Below, in pieces: positions 8,746 through 17,858 of a stretch of 64,000 bases of DNA (the stretch's first letter is position 1; every line of letters starts with the position of its first letter). Origin of the DNA: an uncultured Alphaproteobacteria bacterium (lineage in GTDB: Bacteria; Pseudomonadota; Alphaproteobacteria; HIMB59; GCA-002718135); assembly GCA_902603095.1 (NCBI GenBank), contig CACKTS010000003.1, positions 728-64,727 on the forward strand, in the 5' to 3' direction. The notes beneath the pieces are model-generated. The model ran no database searches. It was not told the origin of the DNA and saw nothing but the letters and a program-made list of their open reading frames with translations. A program made the translations under genes and the position numbers.

Positions 8746-10683
8746 TTAATCTTTCTTTAATTTATGATATATATACTCAAACTCTTTTAGGCAATCAGGA
8801 TTTGATAGTGCATTTTTGTTTTTAATATCTAGACCATTTATTATATTTTTAATTGATAATTCAACAATCTTACCACTTTTTGTCTTAGGAATATCTTTAA
8901 CTTCAAAAATCTTACTTGGGACGTGTTTGGGAGAAAGATTTGATTTAATTTCAAACTTAATTAAGTTTTTTAAATCCTCATTTAATTTGTATTCTGATCT
9001 CATCTTAATAAATAAAATAACTTCTGTATCTGCATACAAGTTATGTTCTACTGCTACACATTCAATAATGTTATCAATATTCTCTACAACTCTATATAGT
9101 TCTGCTGTTCCAAATCTAATACCACCAGCATTTAATGTAGCATCTGAACGACCATAAATTATATATCCATTCTTATATGTTTTTTCACAATAATCTCCAT
9201 GAAGCCAAATATTTTTATATTTTTGAAAATATGCATCTAAATATTTTTTATTACCTTTATCATTCCAAAAATAAATTGGTTTTGAAGGAAATGGAGTTTT
9301 GCAGACTAACTCACCTTTAGTTTGCTTAATTGAATTTCCATAATCATCAAATATATCTACATCCATTCCTAAACCAGCACATTGAATTTCTCCAGAGTAA
9401 ACACTTTTAGAAGGATTACCTAGAACAAAACACGATACAATATCAGTGCCACCACTTATAGAAGCTAAATGAACATCTGATTTTATTTTTTGATAAATGT
9501 AATGAAATGACTCATGAACAAGTGGAGATCCTGTTGAAGTTATTGTCTTAAGTTTTTTTAAGTTATATTTTTTCTTAATATTAACTTTATTTTGTTTCAA
9601 ATAATCAATATATTTAGCACCTGTTCCAAAAAAATTTATATTTTCCTTATCAGCTATTTCAAATAAATAATCAATATTAGGAACAAAAGGTGACCCATCA
9701 TATAAAATAATTGAAGCATTTGAAGCAAGAGCTGATATCAACCAATTCCACATCATCCAACCACATGTTGTAAAATAAAAAACTTTATCACTTTGATTTA
9801 TATCACAATGTAATTGATGTTCTTTTTTGTGCTGAATTAGTGAGCCACCTGCACCGTGTACAATACATTTAGGCATTCCAGTAGTTCCGCTTGAAAACAA
9901 TATATAAAGAGGGTGATTAAAATTAAATTTTTCAAATACATCATATATTTGTTCACTTTGTAAAATTGAATTCCAATTTGTATATTCAAATTCTTTAATA
10001 TTAATTTCTTCATCTCCATAGGGAACAATTATTACATTTTCAATAGATGGTATCTCTTTGAGAATTAATTTTATATTTTCTAAAGTATTTATTTTTTTTT
10101 TATTATAATAGTAATGATCTGCAATGATTAGTATTTTAGGATTAATTTGTTTAAATCTATCAATAATTGCTTTTGGTCCAAAATCAGATGAGCAAGATGA
10201 CCATATAGCACCTATTTGCGCACAAGCTAGAAAAGCTTCAACTGTTTCAGGAATGTTAGGAAGTACAGCTACTATCCTATCTTCTTTTTGGATGTTTTTA
10301 CTTTTAAAATAATATGAAATTTTGAAAATGTTTGATTTTAATTCTTTCCAATTTATCTTTTTTGTATTTTTTTGTTCATTATAAAAAATAATTGCATCTT
10401 CATCACTATTATTTTGAAGACAATTCTCTGTATAATTTAATGATGATTTTTCAAAAAATTTTGTATCTATAAAATTATCTGATTCAGTAAATACATCTTC
10501 TTTTTTTTCACCAATAATTTTTGTGAAATTCCATACTTTATCCCAAAATATTTCTTTTTTATCTACACTCCATTTATGTAAATCTTCATAAGAATTTATT
10601 TCTTCTGTTTCTTTTACGTAACCAAAAAAATCATTTATATTGTTTTTTGTTGTGATTGGAGACCACAACTTTTTACCATTCAT
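8746..10683 (-). CDS. Acetoacetyl-CoA synthetase (acetoacetate-CoA ligase; AMP-forming acyl-CoA synthetase family)
   Basis: 645 aa. LWSP...F N-terminus, the YILFSSGTTGMPKCIVH AMP-binding motif and the SGKIVE C-terminal Lys motif. Size and N-terminus fit the acetoacetate-specific subfamily. Confidence 0.75.
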   Translation of the reverse strand: MNGKKLWSPITTKNNINDFFGYVKETEEINSYEDLHKWSVDKKEIFWDKVWNFTKIIGEKKEDVFTESDNFIDTKFFEKSSLNYTENCLQNNSDEDAIIFYNEQKNTKKINWKELKSNIFKISYYFKSKNIQKEDRIVAVLPNIPETVEAFLACAQIGAIWSSCSSDFGPKAIIDRFKQINPKILIIADHYYYNKKKINTLENIKLILKEIPSIENVIIVPYGDEEINIKEFEYTNWNSILQSEQIYDVFEKFNFNHPLYILFSSGTTGMPKCIVHGAGGSLIQHKKEHQLHCDINQSDKVFYFTTCGWMMWNWLISALASNASIILYDGSPFVPNIDYLFEIADKENINFFGTGAKYIDYLKQNKVNIKKKYNLKKLKTITSTGSPLVHESFHYIYQKIKSDVHLASISGGTDIVSCFVLGNPSKSVYSGEIQCAGLGMDVDIFDDYGNSIKQTKGELVCKTPFPSKPIYFWNDKGNKKYLDAYFQKYKNIWLHGDYCEKTYKNGYIIYGRSDATLNAGGIRFGTAELYRVVENIDNIIECVAVEHNLYADTEVILFIKMRSEYKLNEDLKNLIKFEIKSNLSPKHVPSKIFEVKDIPKTKSGKIVELSIKNIINGLDIKNKNALSNPDCLKEFEYIYHKLKKD

Positions 10684-10693
10684 TAAAAATTAT

Positions 10694-11140
10694 TTATTTT
10701 TGATCTTTTAGCGTTCTAATTCTTACAATAACATCAATATTATGAAGTTGTAAACATGCTGGTATTGAAGGTATATTCAAATCAATATTTTTTGTCGGAA
10801 TATCAATTACCTTAGATTCATCCTCAATATATAGGTGATAATGACTTTGATTATTATTGCAGTAAAGAGATTTATTTTGGTCAACGACAATTTCTTTTAT
10901 AAGACCTAAGTTTGTAAATTGTTTAAGAGTATTATATATAGTTGCCATTGAAATTTTTCTGTCATCCTTTTTGACTTCGTCAAATAAATTTTCAGCTGAA
11001 ATGTGTCTTTTACCTTTATCAAAAATTAATTTAGCTAATACTCTTCTTTGCTTTGTTGCTCTTATACCATTTTTTTCCAATACATTTATTGCATTGTTAT
11101 AAGGACTCATTGGATCGTATACTTCTATTGATGCAGACAT
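10694..11140 (-). CDS. Fur-family metalloregulator, probably Irr-like
   Basis: RATKQRRVLAKLI...ISMATIYNTLKQFTNLGLI winged-helix of the Fur family. It lacks the C-terminal CxxC pairs and has an HYH (HxH-type) motif, as in alphaproteobacterial Irr. Confidence 0.7.
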   Translation of the reverse strand: MSASIEVYDPMSPYNNAINVLEKNGIRATKQRRVLAKLIFDKGKRHISAENLFDEVKKDDRKISMATIYNTLKQFTNLGLIKEIVVDQNKSLYCNNNQSHYHLYIEDESKVIDIPTKNIDLNIPSIPACLQLHNIDVIVRIRTLKDQK

Positions 11141-11162
11141 ATTATATCTATATTTATATTTT

Positions 11163-11966
11163 ATGAATTACATATTTTTTCTGATTTTCCTATATATTTT
11201 TTTTGGTTTTCTTCTTTATAGTTTCCAGAGAAGAATTATCTTTAATAAATGTAACAAGCCTCAACCTCCTGAAAATTATGGTCTAGAAAGAATTAACGAA
11301 GTACACATAGAAACTGAAGATAATATTAGCCTTTTAGCTTGGTTTTTCAAAGGTCAGTCAGATAAACCAATCTTGATATATTTTCATGGCAATTCATTTG
11401 ATATTGGAGAAAGAGCTTATCGTATCAAAAGATATAATGACGCAGGCTTTTCTACCCTAATTGTAGGTTGGAGGGGGTATAGTGGAAATCAAGGAATTCC
11501 AACTGAAAAAAATCTATATTTAGACGGCAAGGCTACAATAGAGTGGATTTTAAAAAATACTAAATTTAATACAGAAGATATAATCAATTATGGTGAGTCA
11601 CTTGGTTCAGGTGTAGCAGTTGAGCTTAATTTAAAATATGATTTTTTATGCACTGTACTTGAGGCCCCTTTCACATCAATTGCTGATGTAGCCAATAATA
11701 GATATAAAATTTATCCTACTAAATTACTGGTTAAAGATAAATTTGATAATCTCAGTAAAATAGATCGAATTAAATCTCCTTTATTAATAATTAGTGGCGC
11801 AAAAGATGAGGTTGTCCCACATTTTCATAGTAAATTACTATTTAATAAGGCTAATAAGCCTAAAAAATCACTTTTCATTGACGAAGCAATGCACAATAAT
11901 TTATATGACTTCGGGATTGAAAAAATAGTTATTAACTTTAGTTTAAAAATATGGAAATTGATTTAA
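11163..11966 (+). CDS. Alpha/beta hydrolase (BEM46/ABHD13-like) with N-terminal membrane anchor
   Basis: N-terminal TM helix, HGNS oxyanion region, GESLGSG nucleophile elbow, and a later D and H (DEAMHNN). Confidence 0.7.
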   Translation: MNYIFFLIFLYIFFGFLLYSFQRRIIFNKCNKPQPPENYGLERINEVHIETEDNISLLAWFFKGQSDKPILIYFHGNSFDIGERAYRIKRYNDAGFSTLIVGWRGYSGNQGIPTEKNLYLDGKATIEWILKNTKFNTEDIINYGESLGSGVAVELNLKYDFLCTVLEAPFTSIADVANNRYKIYPTKLLVKDKFDNLSKIDRIKSPLLIISGAKDEVVPHFHSKLLFNKANKPKKSLFIDEAMHNNLYDFGIEKIVINFSLKIWKLI

Positions 11967-13252
11967 CCACTTCTTATGTAGGCTTTTTAAGCTTAGCAGT
12001 CTTTTTTGTTGCTTATGCTGTTGTCATGGCTGAAGAATTTAGTCATCTAAGAAAATCAAAACCAGTTATTCTATCTGCTGCTATAATATGGGGTATTATA
12101 GCATTTTATTTTTCTGGTGATAAATCATATGCTAAAGAAATCGAACACGCATTAGAGCACAATATTCTTGAGTTTGCTGAACTTTTTTTATTCCTTTTAG
12201 TTGCTATGACTTACATTAATGCATTGGAAGAGAGAAAAGTTTTTGATGTTGTTAGATTCCAACTAACTTCGCGTGGTTTTAGTTTTAGACAACTATTTAT
12301 ATTCACTGGAATAATTACTTTCTTTTTATCACCTATTGCTGATAATTTAACAACTGCCTTAGTCATGTGCTCTGTACTTATGGCTTGTGGTAAGGGTAAT
12401 GCTAAATTTATTTCAATAGGATGTATAAATATAGTGGTGGCAGCAAATGCTGGTGGTGCTTACAGCCCTTTTGGGGATATTACTACTTTAATGGTATGGC
12501 AAGCAGGTATTGTTGAGTTTTTTACATTTTTTAACATTTTTATTCCTTCAGTGATTAATTATATTATTCCAGCAGCAATTATGTATTTCTTTATACCTAA
12601 AGAAAGTCCAGAGGTTAGTTCTGAGAAAGTTTATATGAAAAGAGGAGGTAGAATGATTATATTTTTAGGCCTCTTAACTATTTTTAGTGCTGTAAATTTT
12701 CATAATATTTTACACTTACCTCCTATGCTAGGTATGATGTTTGGTCTAGGCCTTCTTGGTTTGTATTCTTATTATTTAAAAATAACTTACAATCCAGAAA
12801 AAGAAGATAATAAATTTGATTTCTTCAAAAAAATTTCAAGAGCTGAATGGGATACATTACTTTTTTTCTTTGGTGTAATCTTGAGTGTTGGAGGTTTAGG
12901 TTTTATCGGATATCTATCATTAGTCTCAGAAATATTATATGATGGATTAGGACCAACTATAGCCAACTCTATTGTAGGGGTTTTGTCTGCAATTGTAGAT
13001 AACATACCTGTTATGTTTGCAGTAATCACTATGAGACCTGAAATGTCAATAGATCAGTGGTTACTAGTCACACTTACTACAGGAGTTGGAGGTAGCTTGC
13101 TATCCATTGGTTCTGCAGCAGGAGTAGCATTAATGGGGCAAGCAAGAGGTTATTATACTTTTTTTGGTCATCTTAAATGGACACCAGTTATATTTATTGG
13201 ATATATCGCCAGTATTTATGTTCATGTTTTAATGTCAGGCTTACCTTGGTAA
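11951..13252 (+). CDS. nhaD: NhaD/ArsB-superfamily Na+/H+ antiporter
   Basis: 433-aa polytopic membrane protein. The motifs SPIADNLTTALVM and SAIVDNIPVM (repeated DN motifs) are typical of NhaD-type antiporters. Confidence 0.7.
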   Translation: MEIDLTTSYVGFLSLAVFFVAYAVVMAEEFSHLRKSKPVILSAAIIWGIIAFYFSGDKSYAKEIEHALEHNILEFAELFLFLLVAMTYINALEERKVFDVVRFQLTSRGFSFRQLFIFTGIITFFLSPIADNLTTALVMCSVLMACGKGNAKFISIGCINIVVAANAGGAYSPFGDITTLMVWQAGIVEFFTFFNIFIPSVINYIIPAAIMYFFIPKESPEVSSEKVYMKRGGRMIIFLGLLTIFSAVNFHNILHLPPMLGMMFGLGLLGLYSYYLKITYNPEKEDNKFDFFKKISRAEWDTLLFFFGVILSVGGLGFIGYLSLVSEILYDGLGPTIANSIVGVLSAIVDNIPVMFAVITMRPEMSIDQWLLVTLTTGVGGSLLSIGSAAGVALMGQARGYYTFFGHLKWTPVIFIGYIASIYVHVLMSGLPW

Positions 13253-14811
13253 TTTAGGTTATCAATTATAAAATAGATTATCATACTTATTAGTAAAATT
13301 ACCCCAGCCACAAATGAAGCTTCATTAAACTTATATGAGGATATTAGTCTATATAAATAGGAAGGTAATGTCTCAAAGTTATTACTCCTGAAAAAAGATA
13401 TTATAGTAAAATCTCCAAAAGTTATAACAGTGGAAAATGAAAAAACATAAAGAAAATTTTTTTTAAATAAGGGAAAAATTATTCTAAAATAATTTATAAA
13501 ATTTATACGATAAGTTTTTTTATAATCTTCGAATGTTAAGTATATATTTTTTAAGTTATTAAAAAAAATCAAAACCGCAAAAGGTAATAAAAAAATCGCA
13601 TTTATTAAAATTACAATAATAAATTTTATATATTCTATATGAATCAAAGGCTGAAAATAAATAAAATATCCAAGACTAAATATTATTGGAGAAATTATAA
13701 TAATAATCGAGCTAAGTATAAATAATGTTTGTTGAACTAATACATTTTTATGATTTAAAACCAAAATATAAGAAATTATTAAGCCAATAAAGCTAACTAG
13801 AAATCCTGTAATAAAAGAAATTATTATTGAATTATTAAACGCTTCTATAAAATAATGATCTAAAATTATATTTGAAAAATTACTTTTTGCTGTTTCTAAA
13901 AAAATAAAAAATATTGGAGAAAATAAAAAAATTATAAATACAAAAATTAAACAAAAATCTATTAATTTAAGAAAAATTAAATCTTTATGGGGATGTTTGT
14001 TTGTTAAATCACCTATTTCAAAAAAACTTGAACCTCTAAATTTATAAAAACCTATTGAAACAAAAAAAATACAAATTATTATTTGTAAAAAGCTCAAAAC
14101 GATAGCTTTATTAAAATTTAGATCAAACAATGCATATTGATATATAGCTACTTCCAAGGTTGAATTTTTTGGACCACCACCAAGCGCCATCACAATTGCA
14201 AAACTCAAAAAACATAGTGAAAAAATTATTGAAAAAACTGCAAATAAATTTTGTTTTATTATGGGAATTTCTAATTTTAAAATATTTGCAATAGTATTAA
14301 TGTTTAGTGAACTAGAAATCTCGTAGTATTTATTTGGAATATTATTTAAGTTTTGGAAAAATAATCTTGTTGCAAACGGCGTATTAAGAAGAATATGAGC
14401 AATTAAAATACCTTTTAATCCATATATGCTATCCACAAATGCAAAATTATAAAAATTGAAATATGTATTTAAAAATCCATTGTATCCAAAAATTTTTATA
14501 ACTGAAAATACAATTAAAATGGATGGAATTACAAAAGAAAAACCACACAAAGAAACAATAATTTTAACAAATTTTAAATTTTTATGACGATTTAAAGATA
14601 ACGCGAAAGGAATTGCCAATGAACAACTTATTAAAGCAGATAAAAAAGCTTGATAGAATGAAAATAAAATAATTCTTTTTGTATAGTCATTTTTTAAAAA
14701 ATTAATTGTCTCAGCTAAATCATAACTAATTTTAGAAAATATTCCTAAAAAAGGAAAAAAAATTATTAAGAAAAAAAAACTTAATACAATGTAATTATAA
14801 GTTCTGTACAA
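13222..14811 (-). CDS. thiP: Thiamine-type ABC transporter permease (duplicated two-domain permease, ThiP-like)
   Basis: 529 aa with about 12 TM segments in two repeated halves. It lies directly downstream of the riboswitch-controlled thiB-like gene (5-nt gap). Confidence 0.7.
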   Translation of the reverse strand: MYRTYNYIVLSFFFLIIFFPFLGIFSKISYDLAETINFLKNDYTKRIILFSFYQAFLSALISCSLAIPFALSLNRHKNLKFVKIIVSLCGFSFVIPSILIVFSVIKIFGYNGFLNTYFNFYNFAFVDSIYGLKGILIAHILLNTPFATRLFFQNLNNIPNKYYEISSSLNINTIANILKLEIPIIKQNLFAVFSIIFSLCFLSFAIVMALGGGPKNSTLEVAIYQYALFDLNFNKAIVLSFLQIIICIFFVSIGFYKFRGSSFFEIGDLTNKHPHKDLIFLKLIDFCLIFVFIIFLFSPIFFIFLETAKSNFSNIILDHYFIEAFNNSIIISFITGFLVSFIGLIISYILVLNHKNVLVQQTLFILSSIIIIISPIIFSLGYFIYFQPLIHIEYIKFIIVILINAIFLLPFAVLIFFNNLKNIYLTFEDYKKTYRINFINYFRIIFPLFKKNFLYVFSFSTVITFGDFTIISFFRSNNFETLPSYLYRLISSYKFNEASFVAGVILLISMIIYFIIDNLNYQGKPDIKT

Positions 14812-14816
14812 TTTTT

Positions 14817-15797
14817 TTAAGAAGCATTAAGCCACTCATTTATCCATTCATCTTTATAATCATTTATCTCCTTTGGATTTAATTGCAAAGCTTTAGGTAT
14901 TGCTAATTCATTAAAAGCATCAGGAAGTTTTATGTTTGTGACTGGATACATAATATTTGTTGATGGTATTACATTTTGAAATTCATCAGAAATCATAAAA
15001 TCTAAAAAATTTTTAGCTGTGATTTTATTTTTTGAAGACTTTAATATACCTGCAAATTCAACAGAAAGATAATTTCCTTCTTTAAATACTGCTGCTGATA
15101 TATCATAATTATTTTCAAACATTACATGAGCTGCCGGTGAAGTTGAGTAACTTAAAACAATATCTGCTTCCCCTGCCATAAAAAAATTATAATATGAATC
15201 TGTCCAACCTTTCGTAACTGAAATAATTTTATTATTTAATTTTGACCATTTCTCTTTAGCATTTTTACCATAAAGAGCTTTCATCCACGTCAACAAACCT
15301 AAACCAGGTGTAGAAGTTCTTGGATCTTGAATTACAATTCTCGCATCAGTATTGTATATTAGTTCGTCCATAGACTTAGGGGGTATTTTTAATTTTTTGT
15401 TATTATAAACAAAAGCAAAATATCCATAATTATATGGGACAAAAATTTCGCTTTCCCATTCTATAGGTAGATTTAACTTTTCATTAATATTACTCAAACT
15501 ATGATTTATAAAAAGTTGAGAATTTTTAGCTGCATGAAGTAAATTCATATCTAATCCTAAAATAATGTCAGCTTTTGTATTAGGGCCCTCTAATATAACT
15601 TTATTTAAAAGTGTTGCAGCACTATCAACTGCAATTAAATCTAAATCAACATCATGTTTTTCTTCAAAAACTTTTTCAATTAATGGACCAGGGCCCCATT
15701 CTGAAACAAAGGAGTCATAAGTATACACTGTAAGTGTTTCTGCTTTGATAGAATTAGTTAAAAGTAAAAATGATAATATAATAACTAAGTAATTCAT
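14817..15797 (-). CDS. thiB: Thiamine/thiamine-precursor ABC transporter periplasmic binding protein (ThiB/TbpA-like)
   Basis: Signal peptide MNYLVIILSFLLLTNSIKA and a family-1 SBP fold of the ThiB/FbpA type. A canonical TPP riboswitch lies immediately upstream. Confidence 0.75.
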   Translation of the reverse strand: MNYLVIILSFLLLTNSIKAETLTVYTYDSFVSEWGPGPLIEKVFEEKHDVDLDLIAVDSAATLLNKVILEGPNTKADIILGLDMNLLHAAKNSQLFINHSLSNINEKLNLPIEWESEIFVPYNYGYFAFVYNNKKLKIPPKSMDELIYNTDARIVIQDPRTSTPGLGLLTWMKALYGKNAKEKWSKLNNKIISVTKGWTDSYYNFFMAGEADIVLSYSTSPAAHVMFENNYDISAAVFKEGNYLSVEFAGILKSSKNKITAKNFLDFMISDEFQNVIPSTNIMYPVTNIKLPDAFNELAIPKALQLNPKEINDYKDEWINEWLNAS

Positions 15798-15800
15798 TTT

Positions 15801-15868
15801 TCCTCCGCTGGCATTATCCAGATCAGGTTAAAAGGGTATAAATCTCAGCATTTAAGCACCCCTAATTT
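15801..15868 (-). promoter_or_regulatory. TPP (THI-box) riboswitch in the thiB leader
   Basis: The reverse complement reads ttaGGGGTGCttaaatGCTGAGAtttatACCCttttAACCTGATCTGGATAATGCCAGCGgaggaaaaATG. All hallmark THI-element blocks are present. The 3' end runs into the GGAGG Shine-Dalgarno. Confidence 0.9.
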
Positions 15869-15944
15869 GATTATATGTGCAATAATATAATAATTCAAAC
15901 TAATTAATTGTTTTTCAAAATTTTATGAATATAACGAGATTTCT

Positions 15945-16021
15945 CGGGGAGTAGCGCAGCCTGGTAGCGCACCTGGTTTGGGACCAGGGGGTCGAAGGTT
16001 CGAATCCTTTCTCCCCGACCA
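15945..16021 (+). tRNA. tRNA-Pro (anticodon UGG), CCA encoded
   Basis: CGGGGAGTAGCGCAGCCTGGTAGCGC..., anticodon loop TT-TGG-GA, T-arm GAAGGTTCGAATCCTTT, acceptor CGGGGAG/CTCCCCG. Confidence 0.9.
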
Positions 16022-16087
16022 TTTATTTAGTTATTCTTTGTAATTGTTATTTATTGTTTCTAATAATTAATGTTATAAATTATCTTA

Positions 16088-17041
16088 ATGAGTAATACTT
16101 ATGATCAAGGCCGATTAAATTTACCATTCGTTGGCATATGCACTTTTGGAAAATATCCTTATGTGAATGATTGGAATGCTATTGATGCTGATGTGGCTGT
16201 AATGGGAGCACCTTTTGACTTTGGAAGTCAATTTCGCACTGGCTCAAGAATGGGACCTAGAGGTATCAGAGAAGCTTCTACATTATTTTCATTTGGTCAT
16301 GCTGGAGCGTATGATTTTGAGGATGATATTACTTATCTTCCTGCAGACTCAACAAGAATTGTTGATATAGGTGATGCAGATATTATTCACACAGATACCA
16401 TCAAAAGTCATAGTAATATAAAATTTGGAGTTCAAAAAATTCTAGCAGCAAAGGCAATTCCTGTTGTAATGGGTGGAGATCATTCAATAAATATTCCCTG
16501 TATTGACGCTTTTGAAAATGAAGAACCTATTCATTTAATACAGATTGATGCTCATCTAGATTTTGTTGATGAAAGACACGGTGTTAAATATGGTCATGGT
16601 AATCCGATGCGAAGAGCTTCAGAAAAAAAATATGTTTCTGGAATGACACAGATTGGAATTAGAAATGTTTCATCTACTGCCAAAGAAGGATATGCAGATG
16701 CAAGAGAAAAAGGTTCTAAAATTTATTCAGTTCGCCATTTTCGTCAAATGGGAATAAGTAATATTCTAAATGAAATACCAAAAAATAAAAGATATTACCT
16801 TACGATTGATATAGATGCTTTTGATCCTTCAATTGCATCTGGTACAGGTACCCCAAGTCATGGTGGGTTCTATTATTATGAAGTGCTTGAATTAGTTGAT
16901 GGAATTATTAAACAAGGTTCAATAGTAGGCCTTGATCTAGTTGAAGTAGCTCCCGATTACGACGTAACTAATTCTACATCTACTTTGGCTGCTCAGTTAT
17001 TAATGAATACAATTGGTAGAATACTTCATCATAAAAAATAA
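16088..17041 (+). CDS. Ureohydrolase of the arginase/agmatinase family (agmatinase or guanidino-acid hydrolase)
   Basis: GGDHSI, DAHLD and DIDAFDP Mn-binding motifs. 317 aa. Substrate cannot be assigned from sequence. Confidence 0.8.
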   Translation: MSNTYDQGRLNLPFVGICTFGKYPYVNDWNAIDADVAVMGAPFDFGSQFRTGSRMGPRGIREASTLFSFGHAGAYDFEDDITYLPADSTRIVDIGDADIIHTDTIKSHSNIKFGVQKILAAKAIPVVMGGDHSINIPCIDAFENEEPIHLIQIDAHLDFVDERHGVKYGHGNPMRRASEKKYVSGMTQIGIRNVSSTAKEGYADAREKGSKIYSVRHFRQMGISNILNEIPKNKRYYLTIDIDAFDPSIASGTGTPSHGGFYYYEVLELVDGIIKQGSIVGLDLVEVAPDYDVTNSTSTLAAQLLMNTIGRILHHKK

Positions 17042-17057
17042 TAAAAATTAATAAGCA

Positions 17058-17858
17058 ATGAGTGAATTAAAAAAATTTTATAATGAAAATGGATATTATT
17101 TGCCGATTGATGTTTTAGACAATGATAAAATAAATTTATCAGCAAACAAACTTCAAGCGATTTATCAGAGTCCACCTTCTAACATTAAACATCCATGGAA
17201 TTTACAAGCACATTTATTAGCTGATTGGATTTATGATTTATGCGTATCACCAAAATTATTAGACGCAGTAGAGGAGGTTATAGGTCCCAATATATTAATT
17301 CAATCTGCAGATATTTTTATTAAACCAGCTAAAGGTAAAAAACATATTAATTGGCATCAAGATGCTAATTATTGGGGACTAAATCCTTATGAATTAGTTA
17401 CTGGATGGATAGCTATAACTGATGTAAATTTAGAGAATGGATGTATGAGCTATCTTCCCAAATCACATCTACATCAAAAAATAGAGCATACTGAAACATT
17501 TGATAAGAATAGTGACTTAACTAGAGGGCAGGAAATCAATTTGAAAATAAATGATAAAGATGTTGTAGCAGTAACTTTAAAAAAAGGTCAAGCCTCTCTT
17601 CATCATTGTTTATTAGCTCATGGATCTGGTCCTAATAAAACTAATTTCCCCCGCATTGGTATAGCAGTGAGATACTTACCAACCTATGTGAAACAAACTA
17701 AAGGACCTCCAATATCAATGATACTTGCACGTGGTATTGATGAATATAAAAATTTTAAAATGGATGAAATTCCAACTGGTGATTTTGATAACAAATCAAT
17801 TGCAGAGCATGATAAGGCCAGTAGTCCTCATGCAGCTTCAAATTATGCAACTTCTTAA
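17058..17858 (+). CDS. Phytanoyl-CoA dioxygenase (PhyH) family Fe(II)/2-oxoglutarate dioxygenase
   Basis: WHQDANYW (HxD iron motif), a later H in HHCLLAHGSGPN, and R in VRY. 266 aa. Confidence 0.75.
   Translation: MSELKKFYNENGYYLPIDVLDNDKINLSANKLQAIYQSPPSNIKHPWNLQAHLLADWIYDLCVSPKLLDAVEEVIGPNILIQSADIFIKPAKGKKHINWHQDANYWGLNPYELVTGWIAITDVNLENGCMSYLPKSHLHQKIEHTETFDKNSDLTRGQEINLKINDKDVVAVTLKKGQASLHHCLLAHGSGPNKTNFPRIGIAVRYLPTYVKQTKGPPISMILARGIDEYKNFKMDEIPTGDFDNKSIAEHDKASSPHAASNYATS

Noticed and set aside
8816-9157. Antisense ORFs longer than 100 aa inside the acetoacetyl-CoA synthetase gene. Similar cases occur at 35018..35386 in metC and 40981..41322 in umuD.
   Set aside because: All lie opposite well-supported enzymes with intact motifs. 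Their sequences are low-complexity and hydrophobic and they lack RBSs. They are not supported as genes.
15945-16021. tRNA-Pro, tRNA-Arg (29516..29591) and tRNA-Asn/tRNA-Cys (42612..42807) as attachment sites of integrated mobile elements or prophages.
   Set aside because: No integrase, excisionase, transposase or phage structural gene lies in the window. I could not spot a direct repeat of any tRNA 3' end. Only a weak flexible-islet interpretation is retained as a finding.
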